Assembly: GCA_002633005.1 (NCBI GenBank)
Contig: NMRA01000196.1
Location: forward strand, 207,632 to 271,631
Length of the DNA: 64,000 nt
Source of the DNA: Phoronis australis
Taxonomy: Eukaryota; Animalia; Phoronida
Direction of reading: 5' to 3'
Position 1 is the first letter of the stretch. Each line of letters begins with the position of its first letter. The notes under the pieces are model-generated. The model ran no database searches and was not told the DNA's origin. It saw nothing but the letters and a program-made list of their open reading frames with translations. Position numbers and translations under genes: made by a program. Below are positions 34,201 through 47,064 of the stretch, piece after piece.

Positions 34201-37200
34201 GGATAAATGTGGTAATATCTTGAAACCACAGTTAAAGCGTTTCGGTTAGGAATTCGACTGGCAAAATGCATCTGGCTTTGAACGTGACGTGCTAACATTT
34301 AGATGGAATTTATTGCCAAAGTTGTGTTTGTCAGAGCTGGGATAGCCTTCGGTCAGCGAAATGTTTAAGTACCAAAGTCAATTTCAATAAGAAATTTTAC
34401 ATGAGATTATTTGTTTGTAGTTTCCTCTGAACCACCATTTTATCTATTTGAAGGCTTTCCCCGCTGAACTACCAATATTTCGAAGGGAGCACTTCAACGG
34501 CATGTATCGCACAGACGTTTATTTCCTTTCCAAAAACATCTCGGAACTACCGTCGTTCGTGCTCACGCCGATTCTCTTCACGGCAATATTATACTACATG
34601 GTCGGTAAGTAGGCGAAGTGCGTTACTGTTGCATACAGCTGTATGTTATTTAGAGACAAAAGGGCACGCTAATTGGAGTCAAGAAGTAAAATTTGTTTTA
34701 CGGTACATGTAAAGTGAACAAAGGATCTTCAGATTTTGGTCTCTCACTCCTTGGGACTGATGGAAATATGTTCTCGAAGAACTCTTTCAGGTATTTGAAC
34801 TCTTTAAGAATCTCAAACGAGCATAATTCTTATTTTCAGGTTTATACAATTCCTTGGAAGCATTCCTTATTGCGACTGCCATAATAACACTTGTTGCTAA
34901 TACGGCGCTGTCATTCGGTAAGATAATTGCGTTTCATATTTAATTTAGACTAATGCAGTTATCATTGAAGGCTAAATGTCTTCTAAGAAATGTTTGTTTA
35001 TTTTTCTCAATACCTCGAAGTATCACATTAACATCCATGGTACTATGCTACCCATACTTGTTTACGTGTGAATTATCTTTTGAAACTTAGACTAAAGGTT
35101 CGGCTTGAGAGAATACATACATGTATATTGATCCTTAACTGGAAATTGAGGAGCTTTTTCTTCTTTTCAGGTTACGTCATATCCACGGCCTCAAGGAGCG
35201 TCACCATGGCGCTGGCAGTGGGGCCACCATTTTTAATCCCATTAATGTTATTTGGTGGATTCTTCTTGAACACCGGAGCTGAGTAAGCATTGCAAATATT
35301 ATGAAAATGCATGACCCATGTTTCCCACCCTTTCCCGGCAAACAGCTTACAGACATCTACGATCACTTTCTGCTGGATCAAAAGTGACTTTTTAGTAGCA
35401 TATTTTGTCTTCAGTAGGCATATATAACAATTTTTACAAAATACGTACGCTCTCATCACTTTCACGATCTTCGCCATGCACGTTTGAGTTACAGAATCAT
35501 CAACACTTTTACTGAATACTTTGAAAGGCGAATAATATTTTTTCAGTACCCCCGCTTTCGTTGTCCCCATTGCGTTTCCTGATGTTCGAATTCTCTTCGT
35601 CTCCACAACCTGTTGCTTTACAACAGATAGACATTGACTGTGCTTGATTTACTCAGCCGGTTTAACCAGCTAAGACACGTAATTGGTTTTCGTTCTCAAC
35701 TTCTGGCTTACAAACCAATCATATTTCTTAGCCGGTTGACACTGCTGACTAAATCAAATGCAGCCATTCTTTTTATTCTAACTGGTTTGTTTAATCTTTT
35801 TGCTTTCGCTGTTTGGGGTGAGGTTGCTTCGTTCTAATATGAATAATTCCTGTATTTGAAATCAGATTGTTGTTAAGCGGAGCGAGCAAAATTTATTGGT
35901 ACATAATATGTATATAAACCCCAAAAAAGTTTAACTGTTTTTTTATATCAAGCAAGTTTGATGTTAGCATAAAATATTTTGTTAATATTGGAATTTGTGT
36001 TCTTGGTCGATGACGTACATGTATATACAGTTATCATATATACGCATCTTTTGTTTTGCAGTTCTGTTAAGGACTACTTTGTATGGATCAAATACCTGTC
36101 CTGGTTCCAATTTTCTAATGAAATCTTATCCGTTAACCAATGGAAAAACGTCGAAAATATCAGTAAGTATGTGATATCAGAACAAACCCGTATATTAATT
36201 TCGTACATTGAGCCCATGTGAACACACGTGAGAGTTCAGAAAGTGAGTTGTAGAAATTGATCTGGCAGTCTTAGATTACATGTAGTATCTCAACTCAGCA
36301 AATGCCATTGGCTTGCACTATTTTCTGAGAAGTTTCACTTCTGATAGTCGAAAAGCTACACATTCGAGGCCTTATATGTTATATACATACTGCATTCCGA
36401 TACAACTGTGCTATGGGAGAAAAGCCTGGTTGCAACTATTTCATATTTGACTGTTGGTTCCTCTTACATGTATATTAAGACATGTAGAATAGTGCCAGAA
36501 ATGAAAAGTTGATCGATAGGCTACTGTGTCTTAGTTTTCTTCATTGTAGTGGTCTCAAATGTTAATGCAGGCATGAGGACCAGCGACGTCTGTGACGTAC
36601 ATGTAAGCATGGGAAGTGAAGACCCTGTCGCTTACAAGTTTAAACTTTAGGGACTCATGATCCGAACACCTGAGTATCGCTTATCAGATTTGTTTCATTT
36701 TCTTTTCTCCAGTTTGTGACAACAGCACCAGCTCGAGTTCTACCATAATGAACATGTTTTTCGCCAGTAGTGCAGGTCCTCCCAGTGATTCGCGTTGTTT
36801 CCAAAACGGCAAGCAAGTCCTAGCAAGTCTCAGTTTTTCAGAGGTACAGCACTTGTTTTCAAAGGATTTCAGTAACAGTGTTGTAGTGATTACTTATGAT
36901 ATGTTTGAAAACAGAATTATGATTCCAAAGAGTAAGGTATCGAAGAAAACGGGAAATCTGCAAAACCAGGGTAGGGTTCAATAACGTTAGTCAAGAACTT
37001 ACGCTGGGACCTGGCTAAGAGCAAGACTTTTCGAGATTACGCATTTTAAATGGAAACACGCGGTTTTGGCTAGATTTTTCTTGCCGCCAGACAAATACTG
37101 AACTCTACCTGATTTTTCAATGGCGAACAGGTCTTTGTTCTCTTTGAACTATGAAGTTTCAAAATATAGCTGCACGTTCGGTACCTACGATCGTTCAGTT

Positions 37201-37788
37201 GAAGCCGCAATTAATGACGCCCACGGCGTCATGCTTCTAATCTTACTTTGAATTGAAATTGGACACATTAATACTATCGGATTTCGCCCCGCGACCGCGA
37301 CTGAAAGTGACCCGACGAGTACATGTTATGGGCGTGGTGACAAAAATGTGATATCCTCTTAAGACTAGACGTTAACTGTAAATGTTTCTAATTTGAGAAA
37401 TTAAGGAGAAATTAGAGATCGGTTCAGCTCTGTAAGTTGTCAATAGAATGTTGTGTTTTGACAAGAGCTATTGGTGTATTGTCCTTTAAAATGTAATCTT
37501 TTCAAGCTGGAAGTTTTTGGATTTGTTGCCATTTAAATACTACATATGTACATGTATACATTGGTCACTACAAGAAAGAGAGAGACAACAATGGCGGATT
37601 TTTGGTTATGTGACAACCTTTTTCATATCACCTCTCTATAGTTCGTACGAAGTGCCCTTTGCAATCGTCTTTTATTCATGTTTCAGGACAATTTTTGGTT
37701 GGATTTTGGTTTACTTTGTGGATTAATGGTTGGGTACAGGATCCTCTCCTACATCATTCTACTCATCAAAACCTACATCCGGGACTGA
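25278..37788 (+). CDS. white: Protein white-like ABCG half-transporter; 17 coding exons, 690 aa
   Basis: GT-AG exons: 25278-25398, 25722-25889, 27429-27477, 27853-28039, 28447-28617, 28882-29048, 29645-29716, 30732-30834, 32411-32500, 32836-32973, 33159-33290, 34454-34604, 34840-34917, 35171-35282, 36062-36162, 36713-36843, 37687-37788 (2073 nt, open). Motifs: Walker A GASGAGKST, Q-loop YIQQDD, signature [14 protein letters not shown], Walker [17 protein letters not shown]-loop TIHQPSS, NPAD, then an ABC2 membrane domain ([39 protein letters not shown]). Confidence 0.95.
27575..27745 (+). mobile_element. Decayed tRNA-derived SINE fragment
   Basis: B-box-like GCTTCGAATCC followed by a GCCTTGTGTCAAGT core-like segment; no intact A box. 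Confidence 0.35.
30864..31009. mobile_element. Two tandem ~70-bp mini-MITEs
   Basis: Two related units (CAT..GCGGCG.AGCACTGAAAAA...GC.CCGCC.AT) flanked by the TSD TGACC, with GACC between them. Confidence 0.7.
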
Positions 37789-38430
37789 GGTATTAATCCA
37801 TGAAATAGCTCGTCGCCAACTGCTTCTACTATAACGGAGCAACTGTGATGTTGACAGGACAGCTTGGAACGTACAACCGTTGAACCCTTAGCCTCACGCT
37901 TCTTGAAAGCCAGACGAAAATGAAACACATGGGATACAAAAACAGTACTTGATTTTCATAGATTTCCTGCATGTATTTTGACAAACGAGAGTAGTGGTGT
38001 GTGCTGGTTACGTACAGTTATATACAGTGTATTTAGAATCCTTTTCAGGTGCCAGGACAATGTCACGCCCCCATGTGGAGCATATCATCAAAAGGGTGTA
38101 TCATCGCCATTTTACTTTGAGTACCTAGTTCTTATTGTAGACTTTTCGTGAACGTAATTTATTTTGAAACAGACAGAAAAGTTCACAGGAGCGGCGTGTC
38201 ACTGATAAAAATGAAATATCCGGAAGTACTAGTATTGTCTGATGACACTGAAACAGACAACAATCATGGTTCCATATTCTTGGATTTATTAACACATACG
38301 CGCAGTGCAGAATAGTAGCCTCAGCTATAAACTTGGCTACATATAGCACAAAATTAACTGATAAGAGCTGAACTCGTCAATGACTCAAAAAGGCTACAAG
38401 AGCGTTGAGCTACTCCACATCTGTCCTGAA

Positions 38431-38436
38431 AATAAA
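38431..38436 (+). terminator. Candidate polyadenylation signal of the white-like gene
   Basis: AATAAA about 640 nt after the stop; another lies at 38756-38761. Confidence 0.35.
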
Positions 38437-38899
38437 TTAGGCATAATAACAGTGTTTCAGGCGAAAGATATCTGTTGGCGTAAGGGAATTGTTTGTTATT
38501 ATACATTGAATCAAGACTTCATTGTATCATGTCATTAATTAATGTGAGACATTTCATCATAAAGATTGAATTAAGTGAGACACGGCTTGATCATTGAGAT
38601 TTGTGTTATCATCAAACGTACTGACAATAGACACCAATTGAAAATTGTTTGTTGACAACATCAGGTAAAGAAATGACCGCACGCAGAATGTTTGGATCTT
38701 GAAGTGGTTTAATATTGGTTCTCAAACAAAAAATATTGCGTTGAATGAAATTACAAATAAATTATTATCACATAAGATACTTAAACGTCGCGTGTTAGTT
38801 ACAAAAATCAACTATACATGTTTTTGCGCAGACTTAACGGCGACAGAGATGTAGGAATACAAAGAACGACGAGACTTGACAAATTAGGATTTTTGATAA

Positions 38900-40830
38900 A
38901 GCAGTTGGTTCACTGTAAAAGTTGCCAGTTGATTTCGATTTGGAAACGTGAGACATGCTTGGTTTGAAAACCTGCGTCAAGCATTTTCATGTGCAATATT
39001 CTATTAAAACTCTTCCCATACAAGGTGCATTCGTTGGGACTTTCCCCTCTACAGGTATGTCCCCTGAGATGGGATTTTATACGATGTTCGTACCACATTC
39101 TGAACATACATTTGGCAATTTAATACGCAAACATTACAAAGTTTTGTTTTAAGTGCTCTGGGTGATTTGGTCCACGAATAAATAGTTAAAAGGTTCTTAA
39201 GTAGGTAGGTTTCTTTCATCTTCCCGTCGAATCCACGGACTTGGCGGACGTTTGGGAGACGCCAGTGATTCTAGTAGTATTGGGTCAATCAGAGCCATTT
39301 TTGGCTTACTCCATGTTAGCAGTTTCCTCCAAACAGAGACGGAAGAACTGTACTCCTTACACAGCTGAGTGGCACGAGAACGGCAACCAGGAATCCAACT
39401 TTGAGGAGACAGTGTGGCTCAGTGGTTTGAGCTCCGGACTCTCGTTTGGGAGAACCGGGTTCGATTCCTGACTTTACTGGCTGATAATCGAGAAGTGCAC
39501 AAAGGTGTTTCCTACTCCTTTGAGCTCCGTCTTACTAATGAATGCATGAAAGGGAGTGAACGAGAACCTGGATATAATGGGAAAGCGATTTCCGGGACTG
39601 TGCTTATATTTTACTATGCTGGAGTATTTGTTTCTTTCTCTCAATACTCGTTTCTTTCCTGACCGAGGTTCTCAAAGCCGCTTTGTGTCTACATACTTTC
39701 GTTTTGTAATAGTATCTTAGAGGTACGTTTCCTCTTAGAACGTTGAGTGGAACCATCGAAAGACACAATATGAGAACTCGATCCCCGTTTTAATGATAGT
39801 CTTGGCTTCATTGGGCTTTGATGAAGCTGGATGTCGAATACAATCGTAGATTCGTTGTGTCTGCCGACTCTAGGTGATTGCACCTTTCATATTTGGACGG
39901 CAGAGAACAAATGGCAGTAGTAAACGATATACATGTAAGGTGTATTTAATTGTTTGGGACACGTAGAGAAACTATGTCTCGTCAAGGAAACGCAAGTTCT
40001 CCGTAGTATGTGCTGTGAGGTGTTTTGTTTAAGGTCCACGAATAGATGGCCGAAAGGTTCATTGGTGGCGTCCGCTTATACTTTCTGAAGAAATTGCCCG
40101 TGACCTGCTTACCCGAGCTGCAGCCTGCGTGACATCTTGGGGATTCTTGAAAAAGACTTGATACTGCGCGTTCAAAGTGGTGGTGCTCACTTCCTTGTTT
40201 TGGAAAAACGTTTTATACCAGCAAAATCAACGTCATGTTCCCATGGTGGTTCCTTTTTCAAACAGTCTGGTCACACATCGAACTATGGTTGTTCGCACAG
40301 GTACACTGTAGGAGTTGGTGGTTGATATCAATTCACTTTTAAGTTACGACGAATTATTCACAGAGATAGTATTTCGAAGTCACTTCTTCGCTGATGCGAA
40401 GTACTATGCCATGACCTTGAATTTTACTTCAAGAACTTAAAAGTTCAGAATCTTTTCTTGCGTAAGGATTAGAGATATGGCACTATTCCACTCATGGTCG
40501 TCGTCATAAAGCTGCCACTGATCTATCGATTAAGACGAAACTCACGAGCTCCCAAACGCCTAAAGACGTTGCTTTTTCGAACTCAAAAAAATTGACGCTC
40601 AACTCGTGCTCCGTGACCTTCATACATGTTCATACATGTAGCTATGAGAGTATCGTATACCACTGAGAAGAGACAAGTCACCATGAAAAAATCCACAAAA
40701 GACCACAATATCTCGGTCTCACCAATGAGTTTCGGGTAGCTAGAGATTCGCGAAGTATCAGATCAAGTTGTCACCATGTCGACCGAGACGACCAGACCAT
40801 TGTCGGTGTTCCCGAAATGATCCTTTCTAA
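38900..40830 (-). mobile_element. Decayed Polinton/Maverick fragment (packaging ATPase plus C2H2 zinc-finger remnants)
   Basis: Frameshifted translation at about 40280-39950 reads RLFEKG.HHGNMTLILLV*NVF...TTTLNAQY.VFKNP.D...LGKQ...DATNEPFGHLFVDLKQNT...RRT...YVP, matching the Polinton ATPase C-terminal half. A second EPFNYLFVD copy is near 39170-39200. PNVCSECG and HLRGHT.GESPNECTLYGKSF are C2H2 remnants at about 39115-38980. Confidence 0.65.
39408..39660 (+). mobile_element. tRNA-derived SINE
   Basis: A box TGGCTCAGTGG (39415-39425) and B box GGTTCGATTCC (39458-39468) at tRNA spacing, but no full cloverleaf. The 3' end is approximate. Confidence 0.6.
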
Positions 40831-41054
40831 CATCGACTAAGGAGACGAAATGGTAGTCCAGTATTAAGTTATCTTTAGGGAACAAACAATAATGAACCCT
40901 ATGAGTTTGCGATCCGATATCAAATGCACGACTCATGCTGGCCATTAACCCGTCGTTGCATGCTTACAGCAAGTCATTTACTGGTTCGACATGTCTGGTG
41001 AAATCACATTATGAGTATACATGTACATGCACATACACATATACCTACAGCTGT

Positions 41055-41087
41055 ACACACACACACACACAGACACACACAGACACA

Positions 41088-41148
<61 letters not shown>
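41055..41148 (+). repeat. (CA)n microsatellite
   Basis: About 95 bp of CA repeats with a few CAGA interruptions. Confidence 0.97.
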
Positions 41149-41151
<3 letters not shown>

Positions 41152-41868
41152 TACATAGGTTACACAATGTATGTGTTTGTACTAGTGGTCGTTATATGGA
41201 GATTTGCGATATGCAAAAGTATTTCAACAAGGGCAAATTGCCTGAAATCTTGAATACGCATGGTGTTCCAGGTTACCCCTGACAGAAAATTGGAACGGAA
41301 GCTTAAATGGATACCAAACCCGATTTTGTTCTATTAGCAGATACGAGTACTGAAACGACGTTCCTATCTAATTCTCTGAAAACTAATGCTCTACAACCCT
41401 CTTCAACCCTCACTTTTTGACGGAAAACTTGATAACCTTTTCAAAATCTGCTAAATGGTAAAGCGTGACATACGATTTTAGCAACTTACACGGCAACTGT
41501 GCAAAAAGACCACCCACCAAGGACCGCAATATCTAATGGGGGAGATAGGGAGATTTGCCTTTTTAGTTGATTCCTGCTATTTTATTTGAAGATGGATACC
41601 AATGGTTCATTAGTAGTCGACAGAACGATGATTGGTTGAAATCACCTAAACATGATATAATGTAATTTTACCTGTGCCGGATCCACCTTGATCCGGTCAA
41701 GGCGACTGATTTACTCAGCTCTTCCAACTCGACTACTTACGTGTACATGACTCATTAATCAGAACAGTTGCCAATAAGCAGAAACACCATTTATCTGACA
41801 TCTTATCCCTGACATTGTCATTGGTGAGGGTGAACTACAGTACTGTGCGCAGGTCAGGAATTCAAGAT

Positions 41869-44800
41869 ATTCGCATGTGGCAGGTCCTTTAAAAGCAAGT
41901 TGACTTTCCCTGGCAAGAGCAAGGCTAATGAGGCTATGCAGACTTTTGTAAAAAAGGCAAAGAACCTTCTTTGGGAAATACTGAACTTCTCGAGAGGATC
42001 AATTTCTTACCCTGCTGAGCGCACGAGCTCCGTTATTAAACAACTCTTCAAACAATGTGCAAAGAAGTACCACATCGGCTATAGTACGTCCACCAAAGCA
42101 GCAGTGCGATGAACGCCATGTGGTGTCCGGCAGGAAGTCGAGTTGGGCTGATCAACTAGATAAGTGTAACAAGGGCTTTCAAAAATCTAAGATTGGTCTC
42201 ATACATGTATGGTAAGTTAGTCGAAATTAAGAAAGACGTTAATCTAAAGCTCAAGCCACACTTAACATCTCTTTCTTGGAACGGACTAAAGACTAATTAA
42301 AGTTTGATCTTACATTTGACTGAAATTTAAGATTTGTCTTAGTTAAGTTAACTTTCTTGAAACAGACCCCACGGCTCTTTAATCGCGTCAAACAGGTGAT
42401 GCAGTACACACTGACATGCAACCTTTACAGAGAGGAGATGAACACTGGTCATTTGTAATGGTATTCAGAAAAGCAAGCATGGGTGTGCAAGATGATTTTG
42501 GACGCTAAAAGGAAGTTGTGTTGCCGCCTGAGATCGCAGAAATAATGATGAATCGCACTTTCGACGGGTAATCCTGCATTTACACCAGTTCGTGATTTTA
42601 AATCGTGTTCACATGTGACAAGAATGTAGTTGCAAGTGTGTTAAAATCGCATTTGCACAGTCTCAGAGGTGGTGAAAACAGACAACCAAGTTTACATGTG
42701 GTTTTACACTCTAGTGTATTTGCGGTTATGCATTGTACAGTGTATGACTTAGATGCGTAGAGCTCACAGCCAAGTGCAAACGTGGTTTTACAGTCAATTT
42801 TTCTCCGGGCCAAGTTCATTTTCAGCAGTAGGAATTATCTCTACCATTGGGATTGCAATGATGGATTTTCCCAAATATTAGTTGCTATAGTTGTGCATGC
42901 ATATCACCTAGCTCCTGGGGATATTTCTCTGACATCCACCTTCTACATCGTAATCGAAACTGCAAGCATGGAGACTACAACGCTAAAGGTCGTATGCCTC
43001 TGCCATCTATTTTGCACAGTTACAAAAATGCAGCTGCGCCCAAATGTAAAGAAACTTACAGAAATGCGCAAACTGGCAGTCAGCTACTGATCTTCATTGT
43101 AGAGGCGGACATCATGTGCAAAGTGCAGATCATCTCTAATGGACGACAGTAGACATGGTCATCACCTAACTCTGTATCTATTTACTTGTACATGTACGAT
43201 ACGAACCAGGTATCAATCCGTTTTAAACAGTAAGGCGTCAATTGTGAAATACGCCTGTTTTGATGAGAGGGGCATTTACATGCATACATGTATAGGCGAA
43301 AAATGACTTTCTGATATCATCCCTAGCCCGAAATCGATCCTGGAAACCCTGTAGTCGCGGCTAAACACTAAGCTGGTGGAGTGAAATCCCACTTCATTGG
43401 CGACATAGTATTTTAAGCGTGTTTAACTGATAAAAGTCACTGGCTTTGATTTCTGCGAGACGTCTGGATAAAAATCGGGATTTTGTTGTTAGCTCTAGTC
43501 AAAGTAAATAACTCCAAGAAATTTGTCCTGTCTTTTGATAAATCCAAACCTTTGATTTTAGTCCGCAAAATCTCTTTCCACAGCGCGCTGTCAGTTGGAT
43601 AGTGTGTTTTGCTGTGGGATGCGGTTCATTAACAATCCGTCAGCGACTGCAGTGTATGTGGCTGAATTATCGTCAAACGTACTCTCCCAGAAACTTAAAT
43701 TATGTGATCACAAAAGTATGGATAGAGATAAAAATTGTCGGTGATTACTAATCGCGATGTTGCAATACATAAGCCATATGGCAGTATAATTGAGGACGCT
43801 CCGTGTTGAAACTGTATGACGGGTAATACAACTGTACGGCAGCAAATCTCGAGAATAGATTGCTATGAGGGAGAATGAAACTAGTTAGGCAAGTGTTATA
43901 ACCCTTTTACATTTTTTATTCCTTCCCGTAATTTCCTGAAACAATTCACAAAACGAAATTTCACGCAAACCAAGTAGTCAAAACTTACCAAATGCGGCGT
44001 TTCTTCAAGGTGGTGGCAATAAAATGAACAGAATTTCATGTATCGTTTTTTATTTCTATTTTTGATTTTATNATTCGCATGTGGCAGGTCCTTTAAAAGC
44101 AATTTGACTTTCCCGGGCAAGAGCAAGGCTATGCAGACTTTTGTAAAAAAGGCAAAGAACCTTCTTTGGGAAATACTGAACTTCTCAAGAGGATCAATTT
44201 CTTACCCTGCTGTGCGCACGAGCTCCGTTATTAAACAACTCTTAAAACAATGTGCGAAGAAGTATCACATCAGCTATAGTACGTCCACCAAAGCAGCAGT
44301 GCGATGAACGCCATGTGATGTCCGGCAGGAAGTCGAGTTGGGCTGATCAACTAGATAAGTGTAACAAGGGCTTTTAAAAATCTAAGATTGGTCTCATACA
44401 TGTACATGTATGGTAAGTTAGTCGAAATTAAGAAAGACGTTAATCTAAAGCTCAAGTCACACTTAACATCTCTTTCTTGGAACGGACTAAAGACTAATTA
44501 AAGTTTGACCTTACATTTGACTGAAATTTAAGATTTGTCTTAGTTAAGTTAACTTTCTTGAAACAGACCCCAGGGCTCATTAATCGCGTCAAACAGGTGA
44601 TGCAGTACACACTGACATGCAACCTTTACAGAGAGGAGATGAACACTGGTCATTTGTAATGGTATTCAGAAAAGCATGCATGGGTGTGCAAGATGATTTT
44701 GGACGCTAAAAGGAAGTTGTGTTGCCGCCTGAGATCGCAGAAATAATGATGAATCGCACTTTCGACGGGTATTCCTGCATTTACACCAGTTCGTGATTTT

Positions 44801-46272
44801 AAATCGTGTTCACATGTGACACGAATGTAGTTGCAAGTGTGTTAAAATCGCATTTGCACAGTCTCAGAGGTGGTGAAAACAGACAACCATGTTTACATGT
44901 GGTTTTACACTCTAGTGTATTTGCGGTTATGCATTGTACAGTGTATGACTTAGATGCGTAGAGCTCACAGCCAAGTGCAAACGTGGTTTTACAGTCAATT
45001 TTTCTCCGGGCCAAGTTCATTTTCAGCAGTAGGAATTATCTCTACCATTGGGATTGCAATGATGGATTTTCCCAAATATTAGTTGCTATAGTTGTGCATG
45101 CATATCACCTAGCTCCTGGGGATATTTCTCTGACATCCACCTTCTACATCGTAATCGAAACTGCAAGCATGGAGACTACAACGCTAAAGGTCGTATGCCT
45201 CTGCCATCTATTTTGCACAGTTACAAAAATGCAGCTGCGCCCAAATGTAAAGAAACTTACAGAAATGCGCAAACTGGCAGTCAGCTACTGATCTTCATTG
45301 TAGAGGCGGACATCATGTGCAAAGTGCAGATCATCTCTAATGGACGACAGTAGACATGGTCATCACCTAACTCTGTATCTATTTACTTGTACATGTACGA
45401 TACGAACCAGGTATCAATCCGTTTTAAACAGTAAGGCGTCAATTGTGAAATACGCCTGTTTTGATGAGAGGGGCATTTACATGCATACATGTATAGGCGA
45501 AAAATGACTTTCTGATATCATCCCTAGCCCGAAATCGATCCTGGAAACCCTGTAGTCGCGGCTAAACACTAAGCTGGTGGAGTGAAATCCCACTTCATTG
45601 GCGACATAGTATTTTAAGCGTGTTTAACTGATAAAAGTCACTGGCTTTGATTTCTGCGAGACGTCTGGATAAAAATCGGGATTTTGTTGTTAGCTCTAGT
45701 CAAAGTAAATAACTCCAAGAAATTTGTCCTGTCTTTTGATAAATCCAAACCTTTGATTTTAGTCCGCAAAATCTCTTTCCACAGCGCGCTGTCAGTTGGA
45801 TAGTGTGTTTTGCTGTGGGATGCGGTTCATTAACAATCCGTCAGCGACTGCAGTGTATGTGGCTGAATTATCGTCAAACGTACTCTCCCAGAAACTTAAA
45901 TTATGTGATCACAAAAGTATGGATAGAGATAAAAATTGTCGGTGATTACTAATCGCGATGTTGCAATACATAAGCCATATGGCAGTATAATTGAGGACGC
46001 TCCGTGTTGAAACTGTATGACGGGTAATACAACTGTACGGCAGCAAATCTCGAGAATAGATTGCTATGAGGGAGAATGAAACTAGTTAGGCAAGTGTTAT
46101 AACCCTTTTACATTTTTTATTCCTTCCCGTAATTTCCTGAAACAATTCACAAAACGAAATTTCACGCAAACCAAGTAGTCAAAACTTACCAAATGCGGCG
46201 TTTCTTCAAGGTGGTGGCAATAAAATGAACAGAATTTCATGTATCGTTTTTTATTTCTATTTTTGATTTTAT
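41869..46272 (+). repeat. 2.2-kb near-identical tandem duplication around a single N (probable assembly artefact)
   Basis: 41869-44071 (2203 bp) and 44073-46272 (2200 bp) are separated only by 'n' at 44072. The differences I could see lie in the first ~820 bp. Confidence 0.95.
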
Positions 46273-46912
46273 TTTTATTTTTTGAATTCTGGCCACCAAC
46301 CTTAAATATTGTTGCCAGTGTTACGGTAAGTTGAACTTCTATGCACGTTTGGACACTAAGACGGAAATATATCAGAGTCTTTATATTTGAAGAAAGGAAT
46401 TGTTACCGCAAACAATTTTATGTAATAAATTGCACGTTATTTTCCTTTATATATTCAAAATCACCTTTGTTAGTATTTTTCGTTCGAGATTCTCATTTGA
46501 AATGAGACGGCGCTGACAGTATGTACCTGTTGTCTGTGCAAATGTCAAATATTTTATGCGACGTGTGGTAAACCTAGAGATCTTATGAAACATCATCGGT
46601 GAAATATGTCGATATGACAACGGATTTGCCTTTATGATACGGGAAGGGAGATATCCGCCAGTCCGTTTACTTTTCACTTTACCGACATGCACGGTGTGTT
46701 TTATCGTTGTTTGACAATCACTCACGTTTCCTTGTTGAAAGCTCCGGTAGTCATTGCCAGTACACTTATAAAGGGGTTACCATTGGGGGAGCCCAAACGC
46801 ATGACCATAACAATATCGAGACCATACAGAATTGATGATGAGTTCTTAAATGATTTGTGGGTACTTGACCACCAAACTTTATCAAATATTCGACTCGATA
46901 ACTGAACATCAG

Positions 46913-47064
46913 GGCTGGGTTGCATAAAACTTCAAAATTATACGCTGGATAGGTTTGATTGTTGTGTGACGTCAGGTGCACTGTTTAACAATAACAACGT
47001 GGCGCGTGATAATGCTACTACGTCATTGTTGCAATGCAGCGTATAACTGTTATGCAACTGGGCC
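46913..47064. mobile_element. Harbinger-type MITE
   Basis: GGCTGGGTTGCATAA and TTATGCAACTGGGCC termini, internal TTATACGCTG/CAGCGTATAA, CAG TSD. Confidence 0.65.

Noticed and set aside
40935-41282. His/Thr-repeat ORFs
   Set aside because: They are translations of the (CA)n microsatellite.
42598-45291. Duplicated 73-aa and 102-aa ORFs as a tandem gene pair
   Set aside because: They are identical only because of the N-bridged duplication; no recognisable domain or exon structure.
46447-46925. Reverse-transcriptase-like remnant (GSP motif)
   Set aside because: Only a 3-4 residue resemblance, with no other RT motifs in order.
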